Shown: piece after piece, positions 39,278 to 49,131 of the stretch
How positions within the stretch are numbered: position 1 is the first letter of the stretch
Layout: each line of letters begins with the position of its first letter
Origin: Halorutilales archaeon Cl-col2-1
Lineage (GTDB): Archaea; Halobacteriota; Halobacteria; Halobacteriales; Afararchaeaceae
NCBI GenBank assembly: GCA_041891055.1
Contig: CP169074.1
Location: 704,001-768,000 of the forward strand
Direction of reading: 5' to 3'
DNA: 64,000 nt
Notes under the pieces: model-generated
Seen by the model: the letters and a program-made list of their open reading frames with translations, nothing else
Told to the model about the DNA's origin: nothing
Databases searched by the model: none
Translations under genes and position numbers: made by a program

Positions 39278-39955
39278 ATGGCGCGAAAGGATTACCAAGA
39301 GAGGCTAGACAGTCTTCAGCAGGACGTCCTCTACATGGGGGAAGTTGTCAAGAACCGTCTCGACAAGGGGCTCGACGCTCTTGAGACGAAGGACGACGAC
39401 CTCGCGTGGGAGGTCATAGAGGGTGACAGCGAGGTCAACGATCTCTATCTGGAGATAGAACAGGAGTGTATAGACCTCTTAGCTCTACAACAGCCCGTCG
39501 CGGGTGACCTGCGTTTCATAGTGGCTTCGTTCAAGATAATCACGGATCTCGAACGTATAGGAGACCTCGCCACTAACCTCGGCGACTACGCCCTCGACGC
39601 CGAGAGGTACGTATTCCCCGAGGTCGACATACGTAAGATAGGCGACGACGCCTCGGGGATGGTGAGTCAGGCGATGGAGGCGTACGAGAACGAGGAAACC
39701 GATCTCACCTACGAAATCTCAGAGTACGACGACGGTCTCGACCAGAGGTGTGAAGAAATAAGCAGCGAGATAATACGTAACCTGATCGAGATGGAGACGG
39801 GTGAAGAAGACGAGGAAGACATAGAGAAGACGCTCAACGAGGTCTCACGTCTTCTTCTGACTGTGAGAGACCTCGAACGTGTCGGAGACCACGCCGTCAA
39901 CATAGCCGCGAGGACTCTCTACCTGGTCGAGAACGACGACGAACTCATCTGGTAG
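39278..39955 (+). CDS. phoU: Phosphate signalling protein PhoU
   Basis: QQPVAGDLR, DLERIGD, LERVGDHA. Confidence 0.95.
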   Translation: MARKDYQERLDSLQQDVLYMGEVVKNRLDKGLDALETKDDDLAWEVIEGDSEVNDLYLEIEQECIDLLALQQPVAGDLRFIVASFKIITDLERIGDLATNLGDYALDAERYVFPEVDIRKIGDDASGMVSQAMEAYENEETDLTYEISEYDDGLDQRCEEISSEIIRNLIEMETGEEDEEDIEKTLNEVSRLLLTVRDLERVGDHAVNIAARTLYLVENDDELIW

Positions 39956-39969
39956 ACATATACATAGAT

Positions 39970-40962
39970 ATGGAGTACGTCGTCCGTGTGCCGAAGGAGG
40001 AGACAGAAAAAGTCATGCGGAAGGCGGAGAAGAAGGGTATCTACGACGACGCGAGAAGCATCAAGAAAGCAGAGACGGAGACGGACGAGGAGGGGAAGAC
40101 CGAGATACCGGTCACCGAGGACGTGAGCGTCGACGGCTACGACGTCGTCGGACAGGACAACCCCGAGTACAGGAAGAAGGATCTCGAAGACCTGACAGAC
40201 GTAGAAGACCCGCCCTCAAGCTGGAAGACCGTAGGCGAGGTGGTTCTCGTGAATCTGGGAGGCTACACGTCAGAGGAAAAGACCGAGATAGGCGAGTCCC
40301 TCCTCGAACTTATGAGCGCGAGGACTGTCCTCGACTACAGGGGTGTGTCGGGTGAGATGAGGGAGCCAGATGTGGGTCTCGTAGCTGGAGACGAAGAGAC
40401 TGAGACTCTCCACCGTGAGAACGGATTCGAGTTCAGGCTCGACCCCTCCGAGGTGATGTTCTCGGTCGGAAACGCCAAGGAGAGGCTGCGTGTACGTGAC
40501 GTAGTCGACGAGGGCGAGACGGTATTCGACATGTTCGCGGGGATCGGCTACTTCTCTGTACCCGCAGCGGTCGGAGGCGCGGAGGTCGTCGCCGCCGAGA
40601 TAAACCCGGTCTCGTGTTCCTACCTCGAAGAAAATGCGCGTCTCAACGGTGTCGAAAGCCGTATCGAGGCTTACAACGAGAACTGTCTCGACGTGACCCC
40701 CGACAGTGACGTCGATAGAGTGCTGATGGGTCATTTCGATGCCGTCTCAGAGGAGTTTATGAGACACGCCCTGTCGTCAGTAGACGGCGAAGGCGTGCTA
40801 CACGTACACGACGCAGTCTACGATCCCGCCGAGACAGAGGAGGAGATACGCAGACTCGTCGAGGCGGAGAGCTACGGTGTCGTCGAGTTCGAGACCACGA
40901 GTATAAAGGGATACTCAGAGGGTGTGTCGCATTACGTCTTCGACGTAGAGGTCGGGATATAG
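39970..40962 (+). CDS. Trm5/Taw2 (TYW2)-family SAM-dependent tRNA modification enzyme
   Basis: HRENG, MFSVGN..ER, DMFAGIGYF, EINP, VLMG. Confidence 0.75.
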   Translation: MEYVVRVPKEETEKVMRKAEKKGIYDDARSIKKAETETDEEGKTEIPVTEDVSVDGYDVVGQDNPEYRKKDLEDLTDVEDPPSSWKTVGEVVLVNLGGYTSEEKTEIGESLLELMSARTVLDYRGVSGEMREPDVGLVAGDEETETLHRENGFEFRLDPSEVMFSVGNAKERLRVRDVVDEGETVFDMFAGIGYFSVPAAVGGAEVVAAEINPVSCSYLEENARLNGVESRIEAYNENCLDVTPDSDVDRVLMGHFDAVSEEFMRHALSSVDGEGVLHVHDAVYDPAETEEEIRRLVEAESYGVVEFETTSIKGYSEGVSHYVFDVEVGI

Positions 40963-41026
40963 GAGCCATCCCACACGGTACCAGCGCCAGTTATAAGGTG
41001 CCGCTCCGTGAATCTCAGTCAGTCCC

Positions 41027-41674
41027 ATGGCTGCTTGGATAGAGGTCATAACGACGGCGTTCTTTCTCCAGTTAATGTCCCTCCCTGGAGAGAAAGGACA
41101 GATAGTCATAGCAGGTCTAGCGACGAAGTACAGCCCGTGGATGGTCGTCGCAGGTGCAAGTACGGCGTTTGGGGGGTGGACAGTTCTCGAAATACTCCTC
41201 GGTAACGCGCTCAAAGGGGCTCTTCCGGAGGTCTACCTCGACGGAGCGACCGCCGCACTCTTCTTCATATTCGCGTTCTGGATACTCTACACGTCGCCGG
41301 GGAGCGGAAAGAGAGAAGTCACCGACGGAGGATCGGATACCAAGGAAGAAAGACAACCGGAACTTCCCGAGGAGGAGAGGTTCTACGGCTTTATCCCATC
41401 ATTCTCGATGATGGCAGTCGGAGAGTTCGGCGATAAGACACAGATAATCACGATAGGTCTCGCGGCTACCTACGGCGCACATCCCGGAATCTGGGTAGGC
41501 GAGATGCTCGCCATAATTCCCGTGAGTGCTGCGAACGCCTACTTCTTCAACAGGGCGTCACACCGTATAAACCAGAGATGGTTCCATCTCATCTCTGCGG
41601 GAATCTTCCTCCTCTTCGCATTCGACACCACAGCGAAGTACGCGATAGGCAGGTCTTTCCTCCCAATCGGCTGA
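41027..41674 (+). CDS. TMEM165/GDT1 (UPF0016) cation transporter
   Basis: EFGDKTQ motif; first repeat degenerate (LPGEKGQ). Confidence 0.85.
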   Translation: MAAWIEVITTAFFLQLMSLPGEKGQIVIAGLATKYSPWMVVAGASTAFGGWTVLEILLGNALKGALPEVYLDGATAALFFIFAFWILYTSPGSGKREVTDGGSDTKEERQPELPEEERFYGFIPSFSMMAVGEFGDKTQIITIGLAATYGAHPGIWVGEMLAIIPVSAANAYFFNRASHRINQRWFHLISAGIFLLFAFDTTAKYAIGRSFLPIG

Positions 41675-41727
41675 CGCCACGGTACGGTACAGTACATTTA
41701 TCTTGATCTCGATCCCATAATCAGAGT

Positions 41728-42456
41728 ATGACTAGTCTCGAAGGACAGACGGTTCTCGTGACGGGTGCGAGCAAGGGAATGGGTAGAGAGATGGCTCTGC
41801 GTTTTGCCGACGAGGGGGCGAAGGTAGTCCTCGTAGCGAGGGATGGAGACGAACTCGACGACGTCGCGCAGGAGGCGAATGGCGAGACCCTCGTGGCTAC
41901 CGCAGACGTCCGAAACCCGCAGGAGGTCGAGGCGACAGTAGACGTAGCACTCGATGAGTTCGGAAGTATAGACACACTCGTCAACAACGCGGGTGTGGGA
42001 CTCCTCAGCCTCTACGACGAGAGAAAAGACCTCGTCGATGTCTCCGAGGAGGACTGGGACACAGTGATAGAGACCAACCTCAAGGGCGTCTTCCTCTTCA
42101 CCAAGTACGTCCTTCCGAGTATGGAAAGCGGCGGCAACATCATAAACATCTCGTCGGGTCTCGGGAGAAAAGCCGCTGAGGGCTGGTCGCCCTACGTAAC
42201 CTCGAAATGGGGTCTCGAAGGACTCACGAGGACGGTCGCACTCGAAGTCGAGGACGACGGTGTCAACGTAAACGGACTATACCCCGGAGGCAGAGTCGAG
42301 ACGGGATTCTGGAAACATCTCCCCGGGGAAGAACGTGACGAGATACTTCCGCCTGACGTCATGAACGACGCCGCTGTCCTGCTAGCTCAGCAGGACGAAA
42401 ACGGGGTCACAGGAGAGTCTATCTCCGCAGACGACTGGGAGGAGAGGCTCGGATGA
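41728..42456 (+). CDS. Short-chain dehydrogenase/reductase
   Basis: TGASKGMG, NNAG, YVTSK. Confidence 0.92.
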   Translation: MTSLEGQTVLVTGASKGMGREMALRFADEGAKVVLVARDGDELDDVAQEANGETLVATADVRNPQEVEATVDVALDEFGSIDTLVNNAGVGLLSLYDERKDLVDVSEEDWDTVIETNLKGVFLFTKYVLPSMESGGNIINISSGLGRKAAEGWSPYVTSKWGLEGLTRTVALEVEDDGVNVNGLYPGGRVETGFWKHLPGEERDEILPPDVMNDAAVLLAQQDENGVTGESISADDWEERLG

Positions 42457-43628
42457 TCACGGTGGGTCTCGCGGGAAAGCCCAACGCGGGTAAGTCGACC
42501 TTCTTCAAGGCGGCGACGAGTGCGGACGTAGAGGTCGGCAACTACCCTTTCACGACGATAGAGGCGAACAGAGGGGTCACCCACGTCCGTACCGACTGTC
42601 CGTGTCTCGAACTCGACGAGAGATGTGGCAACTGCAGAGACGGAAGACGGTACGTCCCGGTCGAGATAATAGACGTCGCGGGGCTCGTTCCCGAGGCACA
42701 CAAGGGACGCGGTCTCGGAAACCAGTTCCTCGACGAGCTGAGACAGGCTGACGTCATAGTGCACGTCGTCGACGCCGCAGGTGCGACCGACTCGGAGGGC
42801 GAACCCGTGGCTGTCGGTGAACACAGCCCTGTCGAGGACGTCGACTTCCTCGAAGAAGAACTCGACATGTGGACATACGGTATTCTGAGGGACAACTGGG
42901 AAAAGATAGAGAGACGTTCGAGGACGCCTGACTTCGACTTCGAGTCGGAGCTAACCGACGTACTCACGGGTGTCGGAGCGACCGAGAACGAGATACGTCT
43001 CGCTCTGCGGAGGATAGACCAGCCCGAGAGCTTCGGCGACTGGGACGACTCCGACATAAGACTGCTTGCGAGGGAGATAAGACGTATCACGAAGCCGATA
43101 GCCGTCGCCGCGAACAAGGTCGACATAGCCCCAGACGACCTCATCGAGAACATCCTCAGTACTGAGGGCGTCGTCGTCCCGACGAGCGGTGAGTCAGAGC
43201 TAGCTCTCCGAAACGGAGACGAGTCGGGGGTGCTCAGCTACGCACCCGGCGACTCGGAGTTCGGGATTACAGGCGACGGCGTATCCGACTCACAGCTAAA
43301 GGCACTCGGGAAGATCGAGGACTTGATCGACGAGTACGGCGGTACTGGGATACAGAAGGTTCTCAACGACTCAGTCTACGGTCTCCTCGAACGCGTCACT
43401 GTCTACCCCGTCGAGAACGAGTCGGACTGGACCGACGGCTCGGGTAACGTGCTTCCCGACGCCTTCCTCCTCGAACGCGGATCGACTCCTGTCGACCTCG
43501 CCTACTCAGTCCACTCCGATGTCGGCGAGGGATATCTCCACGCCGTAGACGCGAGGACACGCCAGAGGATAGCCAATGACTACGAGGTTGAGGAAGGTGA
43601 CGTCATAAAGATCGTTAGTACTGCTTAA
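42453..43628 (+). CDS. Second Obg-like ATPase (YchF paralog)
   Basis: GKPNAGKST, NYPFTTI, DVAGL, NKVD, TGS domain. Confidence 0.9.
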   Translation: MITVGLAGKPNAGKSTFFKAATSADVEVGNYPFTTIEANRGVTHVRTDCPCLELDERCGNCRDGRRYVPVEIIDVAGLVPEAHKGRGLGNQFLDELRQADVIVHVVDAAGATDSEGEPVAVGEHSPVEDVDFLEEELDMWTYGILRDNWEKIERRSRTPDFDFESELTDVLTGVGATENEIRLALRRIDQPESFGDWDDSDIRLLAREIRRITKPIAVAANKVDIAPDDLIENILSTEGVVVPTSGESELALRNGDESGVLSYAPGDSEFGITGDGVSDSQLKALGKIEDLIDEYGGTGIQKVLNDSVYGLLERVTVYPVENESDWTDGSGNVLPDAFLLERGSTPVDLAYSVHSDVGEGYLHAVDARTRQRIANDYEVEEGDVIKIVSTA

Positions 43629-43706
43629 CTGTATTGGGCTGTGGTCTCAAGACTGCCCAAGAAGACCATATCTTTATAATTTGTGAACAAGTATCACAGT
43701 ATACGT

Positions 43707-44042
43707 ATGGATCGAACACTTTGGTACCTCGTAGCAGGTACAAGGGGGGGAGAGAACAGGGGAAGGATACTCTGGAAGTTAGTCGACAACCCGATGAACA
43801 CCAACCAGCTCGCAGAGGAGCTCGATCTCAACTACCGGACGGTGTCACATCACCTCGAAGTCCTAGAGGACAACAGCCTCATAGAGAAACACGGTGAGGG
43901 ATACGGCTGTCTCTACTTCCTCACGGAGAACATGGAGTCTAACGTCGACGAACTTGAGAAGATACTCATGAAGTCGGAGTACGACTTCTTCGAGACGTCC
44001 GAGACAGAAGCAGGATCAGAGGCAACGACAACCTCGACGTAG
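43707..44042 (+). CDS. ArsR-like winged-helix transcription regulator
   Basis: GTRGG.NR..I, NQLAEEL..NYRTVSHHL. Confidence 0.85.
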   Translation: MDRTLWYLVAGTRGGENRGRILWKLVDNPMNTNQLAEELDLNYRTVSHHLEVLEDNSLIEKHGEGYGCLYFLTENMESNVDELEKILMKSEYDFFETSETEAGSEATTTST

Positions 44043-44079
44043 ATCCGAGTCCAAGTCGAAACCGTGGGTAGCCGGGGGA

Positions 44080-44532
44080 CTACTCCACTGACTCGAACTC
44101 TTCGTCGACCCTGTCGAGAACCGTCTCGAAGACCTCGCTTATCTCGTCGGCGAGATGCTGAAGCTCCGAGTTGCCTGTCACGGGTAGAACCTTCTGTGTG
44201 TCGACGCCTCGGACAACTATCTCGTCGGTGTCCTCGTCCTCGTAGACTACCATGTTACACGGCATCATAGCACCCATTCTCTTGTCAGTCGAGAGTGCCT
44301 CGTAAGCGTATTCGAGAGCGCAAGCCCCGAGAATACGGTAGTTGGGGAACTCCTCGTCTATGTTCTGCTGTATACCGTTTCCGGGGTCGAGGTCAGCCTG
44401 TATCCCCATGCCCTCTTCCTCAAGAGCCTCTATCACGAACTCGACGACTTCGTCGAAATCTCCTCTCACACGTGTCTCGACAGTGAACTCCATTCCACCG
44501 ACGGCATACATAGCCTTGTTCATCATCGACAT
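44080..44532 (-). CDS. DUF302 domain protein
   Basis: YRILGAC and MPCNMVVYE motifs. Confidence 0.8.
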   Translation of the reverse strand: MSMMNKAMYAVGGMEFTVETRVRGDFDEVVEFVIEALEEEGMGIQADLDPGNGIQQNIDEEFPNYRILGACALEYAYEALSTDKRMGAMMPCNMVVYEDEDTDEIVVRGVDTQKVLPVTGNSELQHLADEISEVFETVLDRVDEEFESVE

Positions 44533-44664
44533 CTTATCTGATACTCGTCTTAAGGGAGCATAAATACACCGCGGTCTCCCAGACGGCTGAAAAACCGCAG
44601 AAATACGTCAGAATCAGACGACTTCGGCGTCTGTGTCTGTTAATCTCTGATTAACAGGCTAAGG

Positions 44665-45141
44665 CTAATTAATCGGAGATTGATGAACGTCTTCGACTTC
44701 AAGGAGACGTCTCTTTATACTCGTCTCTCCGGTGTAGTCTCCTATCCCAGACTCCTCGACTACCCTGTGGCACGGCAGGAGTACCGGAACCGGGTTGGAG
44801 ACGAGAGCCTCACGGACATCCTCGTAGTCGTCCTCGTCGGCACCTATCGACTCGGCGAGTTCTTCGTACGTGATAGTCGTTCCGCGGGGTATGTCACGCG
44901 TCCTGAGCAGAGCCGACCTCTCTATACCTCCGACTGTCAGCCCCACGTCGTACTCCGAGAGGTCGACTTCTTCTCCGTCGATGTACTCGAAGATCGAGTC
45001 GAGAACTTCGAGGTCGTCCTGTATGCTGTCTTCGTCGGGCGTCTCGGGAAACGAGACGCTAACGACCTTGTCTCCCGCCGTCCCGACCTGAACATATCTG
45101 TCGAGGTACTCCGAGTATCTATGGAAGATACCCGTCTTCAT
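44665..45141 (-). CDS. MGMT/Ogt-family protein
   Basis: NPVPVLLPCHRV active-site motif. Confidence 0.85.
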   Translation of the reverse strand: MKTGIFHRYSEYLDRYVQVGTAGDKVVSVSFPETPDEDSIQDDLEVLDSIFEYIDGEEVDLSEYDVGLTVGGIERSALLRTRDIPRGTTITYEELAESIGADEDDYEDVREALVSNPVPVLLPCHRVVEESGIGDYTGETSIKRRLLEVEDVHQSPIN

Positions 45142-45698
45142 CCTAAGAGATCGAGGTTCTCCAGTTCGTTGAGTATCCTGTCTACCGCTCTGTCGGCGTC
45201 CTCGGGCTTCTCTCCTCCTGTGACGACTAGCTTTCCGCTTCCGAAGAGGAGTACGACAACCTCGGGGTCGTCGAGACGGTAGACGAGACCCGGGAACTGC
45301 TCGGGCTCGTACTCTATGTTCTCGAGTCCGAGACCTATGGCTATTGCGTTGAGGTTGAGGTCGTGTCCGAGATCAGCGCTCGCGACTATGTTCTGTACTG
45401 TGATCTCGGGACTCTCCTCGACGTCTATGCCGAGTCCACGGAGCTTCTCGAAGACTATCTTGAGACCCTCGTCGACGTCGTCTATGCTCTTCGCTCCCGT
45501 ACAGACGATCTTACCCGACCTGAATATGAGTGCCGCAGTCTTGGGCTCCGCCGTACGGTAGACGAGACCCGGGAACTGGTCGGGATCATAATCCGCTCCT
45601 TCCATGTCCATAGTGACCTGCTGGAGATCGAGCTCCTGTCCGATTGAGGTTGATGCAACTACGTTCTCTATCTCGATTGTGTCCTTTGGATCAACCAT
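45138..45698 (-). CDS. tbp: TATA-box binding protein
   Basis: Two repeats ENVVAS...QFPGLVYR...FRSGK / QNIVAS...FGSGK. Confidence 0.97.
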   Translation of the reverse strand: MVDPKDTIEIENVVASTSIGQELDLQQVTMDMEGADYDPDQFPGLVYRTAEPKTAALIFRSGKIVCTGAKSIDDVDEGLKIVFEKLRGLGIDVEESPEITVQNIVASADLGHDLNLNAIAIGLGLENIEYEPEQFPGLVYRLDDPEVVVLLFGSGKLVVTGGEKPEDADRAVDRILNELENLDLLG

Positions 45699-45833
45699 TT
45701 CGTTTAAACCTCTATTTAAAGTCTTATAAAGGTTGGTGAAAAACATAACGTGATCGGAGAGAGACATAGACGATAATGGGATTCCGATACCCGACCGAGG
45801 GAGTTATTACAGACGCCCTCACGTCTTTAGCCT

Positions 45834-46817
45834 GTGTACCTCCTCGAACTCAAGAGCTCGAACCACGAACTCGCTCTCGCGGAGGCACGCTCCGTCGGAG
45901 ATGTCTACGAGACAGCTAGAGGAGTCGCCGTCTGTAAGGCACTCGACCTCGAACGCGCGAAGACACTCGGTATGTCACACCGTGTCCTGAGGTACATGGC
46001 TAAGTCGGACGTCTCACTCGAAGGCGTCCTGAGTGCGGTCGAGACGTGTGAGTACGTCTTCTCGGGGAGCTTCAGCGTACGTGCTCGCGCTGTCGAGGAC
46101 ACAGAGACCCCTGTCGATACTGAGACCCTCGAACGGAAGGTTGGGAGTGTGATACACGAGAGGGGGCACGAAGTCGATCTCGAAGACCCCGACCACGAGT
46201 TCCGTCTCATCTTCACCGACGACAGCTGTTACTTCGGCGAGGTAGTCGTCGACGTCTCGAAGGAGTTCTCAGAACGTCCGACTGACAAGCCCTTCTTCAA
46301 GCCCGGTAGCATGTCGCCCATGCTCGCACGGACACTCGCCAACATCGCGGGTGCGGGAGAGTCGAGACTCGTCCTCGACCCGATGTGTGGCACGGGCGGT
46401 GTACTCGTCGAGGGCGGTCTCGTGGGATCAGAAGTCGTAGGGTTCGACTCCGACAGACAGGTTCTGAGAGGGGCGGAGACCAACCTGCGTGAGTATCTCG
46501 AAAGCGACGGATGGCACCTCGGAGCCGCAGACGCGTCACGTCTTCCACTCAGGGAGTCGTCGGTCGACTGTGCTGTGACGGACTTCCCGTACGGCAGAGC
46601 CTCGTCGGTCGACGCCGAGTCGGTGAGGTCACTCGCCGAAAACGTCTTAGACGAGCTTTCGAGAGTAGTAAGAGAAGAAGGGAGATGCGTCGTAGTCTGT
46701 GACAGATGGCTCGTAGACGAGGCGGAGGCGGCGGGCTTCGAGGTCGTCGAGAGGGTCGAGGACAGGGTACACAAGTCACTGACAAGACGGATTCTGGCTC
46801 TTGAGTCGAAGAAATGA
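45834..46817 (+). CDS. THUMP-domain tRNA m2G10 methyltransferase (Trm11/TIGR01177-like)
   Basis: PFFKPGSM, DPMCGTGG, TDFPYG. Confidence 0.85.
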   Translation: MYLLELKSSNHELALAEARSVGDVYETARGVAVCKALDLERAKTLGMSHRVLRYMAKSDVSLEGVLSAVETCEYVFSGSFSVRARAVEDTETPVDTETLERKVGSVIHERGHEVDLEDPDHEFRLIFTDDSCYFGEVVVDVSKEFSERPTDKPFFKPGSMSPMLARTLANIAGAGESRLVLDPMCGTGGVLVEGGLVGSEVVGFDSDRQVLRGAETNLREYLESDGWHLGAADASRLPLRESSVDCAVTDFPYGRASSVDAESVRSLAENVLDELSRVVREEGRCVVVCDRWLVDEAEAAGFEVVERVEDRVHKSLTRRILALESKK

Positions 46818-46945
46818 GTCAAGTCTGACTCCATGTTCTAAGTCGTCTACAGAGAAAGCAGGCAGAGTGCCTTGGGGTCTTCAAAAAGCAGAGCTTTTTG
46901 GGATACGGAAAATCCTTTATTTTCCTTGACTTGACCCCGAGCGAT

Positions 46946-47017
46946 TCACAATTGACGAGACCACACGAAGTAATAGTTGATGTTGTACACCGTGTTATTT
47001 GACCGTGTTTCGCCCAT
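46946..47017 (-). pseudogene. tnpA: tnpA (Y1 transposase) N-terminal remnant
   Basis: MGETRSNNTVYNINYYFVWS matches the IS200 TnpA N-terminus (VYNINYHFVW); remainder deleted. Confidence 0.8.
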
Positions 47018-47076
47018 ATCGGCTAGAGCCATGCTAAAAACTTAAGTATAATCGTGTCTAAGTATATACTGTAGAG

Positions 47077-47211
47077 ATGACTAAACGCCTCACCGTAGAC
47101 TTCGAGGACGATTTGTACAAGGAGTTCTCGAAGAAATGCATCGACGCTGAACGTCCAAAGTCAGAAGTCGTGCGTGAACTTGTCCAAGACTGGGTAAACG
47201 ACCAAGAATGA
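47077..47211 (+). CDS. Ribbon-helix-helix (CopG-like) protein, 44 aa
   Basis: MTKRLTVDFEDDLYKEF...KSEVVRELVQDW; ATGA overlap with tnpB; below the ORF-track cutoff. Confidence 0.8.
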   Translation: MTKRLTVDFEDDLYKEFSKKCIDAERPKSEVVRELVQDWVNDQE

Positions 47212-48524
47212 CGCAGACACAGGCTCTCACCAAGACACTCGTGTTTCCGTTGGACGTACAGAGTGGCAACGAGAGCCTGCTTCACGACGCCCGCTTGGAG
47301 TGTCGCCGCGTATTCAACGAGGTGCTACGCCTCAACTACGACGGGTGGGACTGGGACAAGATTGAGGATGTTGTCGAACAGAACGCAGACCTCGTACAAA
47401 ACACCGCACAGCGTATCATCGACAAAGCCTTCGACGCACTCGACAACTACTACGACAACGACGACTGGGGACGCCCGTGGTACAAACACGAGACGTTCCC
47501 GCTGCGGATGAACTACGGCGAAGGCTACAACCTCTTTCTCGAAGACGAAACGGTACGGTTCCGCATCAGTGCGAAGCCGTACAACCACGTCAAAGGCGAG
47601 CTTCGGGGCTCAAAAGACCAGTTCGACCTGCTTACGCAGGCGATGGAAGCTGATGACTGGCACGTTGGCACTGCCGAAGCACTCTGCCGAAACGGGCGTG
47701 AAGAACTGCACGTCACCGTCACGAACGAAACTGCCGAAGTCGAAACGAAAACAGCCGCAGAAACCGTCGTCGGCGTCGATATTAACGAAGACTGTGTTGC
47801 ACTGGCAGCACTAACCGAACGCGGTATCGAGGATTCAATCGTTATCGACTATCCGGAAATCAAGGAAGAACGACACCGCTATTTCACGATACGGAAACGG
47901 ATGCAAGAAGCTGGACAGACCGCGTTCAACGACGTGTTCCGCGACAAGGAGCAGCGGTTCGTTCACGACCAGCTACACACGGTGTCACGGCGCGTGGTCG
48001 AGTGGATTCAACGGTTCGACAGTCCCGTAATTGTCTTTGAAGACCTCAAAGACATGCGAGACGACATTGAGTACGGGACTCGCATGAACCGGCGACTCCA
48101 TTCACTACCGTTCGCCAAACTCCGGGACTTCATCACGTACAAAGCCGCGTGGCACGGGATTCCGTCAGATGATGTTGACCCGGAGTACACCAGCCAACAG
48201 TGTCCGGTCTGTGGACACACAGAGCGGACGAACCGTAACGGAAAGCGGTTCAAGTGCTGTGACTGCGAACATCAAGACCACGCTGACCGTGGCGCTGGTA
48301 TCAGTGTCGCACAGAAATGGCTGAGAACACAAGAGGACAGAAATGTGCCTGCTCTCAACACACTCCCGCAAGTGCGGAAATGGGAGTTGCGACGGCAGGC
48401 ATCGGGGCCTGTGGACGGCCCGACCGTGACCCACCACACCGTTGAAGGCTACCATGCCGATGGTGTGTCGGGTGTGTCCGACCAATCCACGGGAAGAAGC
48501 TCCGGGGTCGTACGGAGGACGTAG
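47208..48524 (+). CDS. tnpB: TnpB RNA-guided endonuclease
   Basis: RuvC GVD / FEDL / HAD residues; YTSQQCPVC...CCDC zinc finger. Confidence 0.92.
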   Translation: MTQTQALTKTLVFPLDVQSGNESLLHDARLECRRVFNEVLRLNYDGWDWDKIEDVVEQNADLVQNTAQRIIDKAFDALDNYYDNDDWGRPWYKHETFPLRMNYGEGYNLFLEDETVRFRISAKPYNHVKGELRGSKDQFDLLTQAMEADDWHVGTAEALCRNGREELHVTVTNETAEVETKTAAETVVGVDINEDCVALAALTERGIEDSIVIDYPEIKEERHRYFTIRKRMQEAGQTAFNDVFRDKEQRFVHDQLHTVSRRVVEWIQRFDSPVIVFEDLKDMRDDIEYGTRMNRRLHSLPFAKLRDFITYKAAWHGIPSDDVDPEYTSQQCPVCGHTERTNRNGKRFKCCDCEHQDHADRGAGISVAQKWLRTQEDRNVPALNTLPQVRKWELRRQASGPVDGPTVTHHTVEGYHADGVSGVSDQSTGRSSGVVRRT

Positions 48525-48600
48525 TCTTCCGTGATGACGAGAGACTTCGTCTCTCGAACCACTTGACCTCGGAGCAGTTCACCAAACGGTTTAATGTGTG
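48400..48600 (+). ncRNA. Predicted omega/reRNA (sense-overlapping transcript) of TnpB
   Basis: Inferred from TnpB biology: structured right end plus flank CAAACGGTTTAATGTGTG as guide; 5' limit approximate. Confidence 0.45.
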
Positions 48601-48618
48601 TATTACGTACGTAGTAGT

Positions 48619-48876
48619 ATGCAGAAGGACGAAGTTATACATATCCATGCTCTCCTCCATGAGACCATGGAGTTCCTGGAGAAGAACGACCTCGCTTCCT
48701 TCGACGACTCTTCTCTCGACGTACGACCTACCGACGTACACAAGCCAAAGGAAGAACACGAGAAGGCTGTCTTCGCACTCGGAAACCAGCTCGCAGACGC
48801 TATGGCAGAAGACGAGTTCTCGGACATCGGGAGGGTGAGACAGAGAATGAAGGAACTCATAGAGGAGCGTAACTGA
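48619..48876 (+). CDS. UPF0058 family protein
   Basis: MQKDEVIHIH...VRPTDVHKPKEEHEKAVF. Confidence 0.85.
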   Translation: MQKDEVIHIHALLHETMEFLEKNDLASFDDSSLDVRPTDVHKPKEEHEKAVFALGNQLADAMAEDEFSDIGRVRQRMKELIEERN

Positions 48877-48885
48877 TCTTCTACA

Positions 48886-49131
48886 TTGTCCTCGCACTAC
48901 GTCTACGTCGTCGAGTGTTCCGACGGAAGCCTCTATACAGGCTACACCACAGACGTTGAGAGACGCCTTGAGGAGCACAACTCGGGCGACGGTGCTAAGT
49001 ACACACGTGGGAGGACACCGGTCAAGTTGGTACACGAGGAGGAGTACGGATCACGTTCTGAGGCTATGCGACGTGAACACGAGATAAAACAGATGTCACG
49101 TGACGAGAAACTCGACTTAGTCACTGGTTAG
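48886..49131 (+). CDS. GIY-YIG nuclease (UPF0213)
   Basis: [23 protein letters not shown]. Confidence 0.88.
   Translation: MSSHYVYVVECSDGSLYTGYTTDVERRLEEHNSGDGAKYTRGRTPVKLVHEEEYGSRSEAMRREHEIKQMSRDEKLDLVTG

Larger units (their letters stand above)
46851..48582 (+). mobile_element. Non-autonomous IS200/IS605-family element (tnpA remnant, RHH gene, tnpB)
   Basis: Subterminal hairpins at both ends; right end TTCAC at 48582; left boundary after CTAC is inferred. Confidence 0.8.

Noticed and set aside
28966-43628. Two ychF-like genes as a recent duplication
   Set aside because: The sequences are clearly diverged and look like old paralogs.
45699-45767. N-terminal extension of TBP in the ORF track
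   Set aside because: The extension spans a TATA-like tract (TTTATAAG on the minus strand); the likely start is ATG at 45698.
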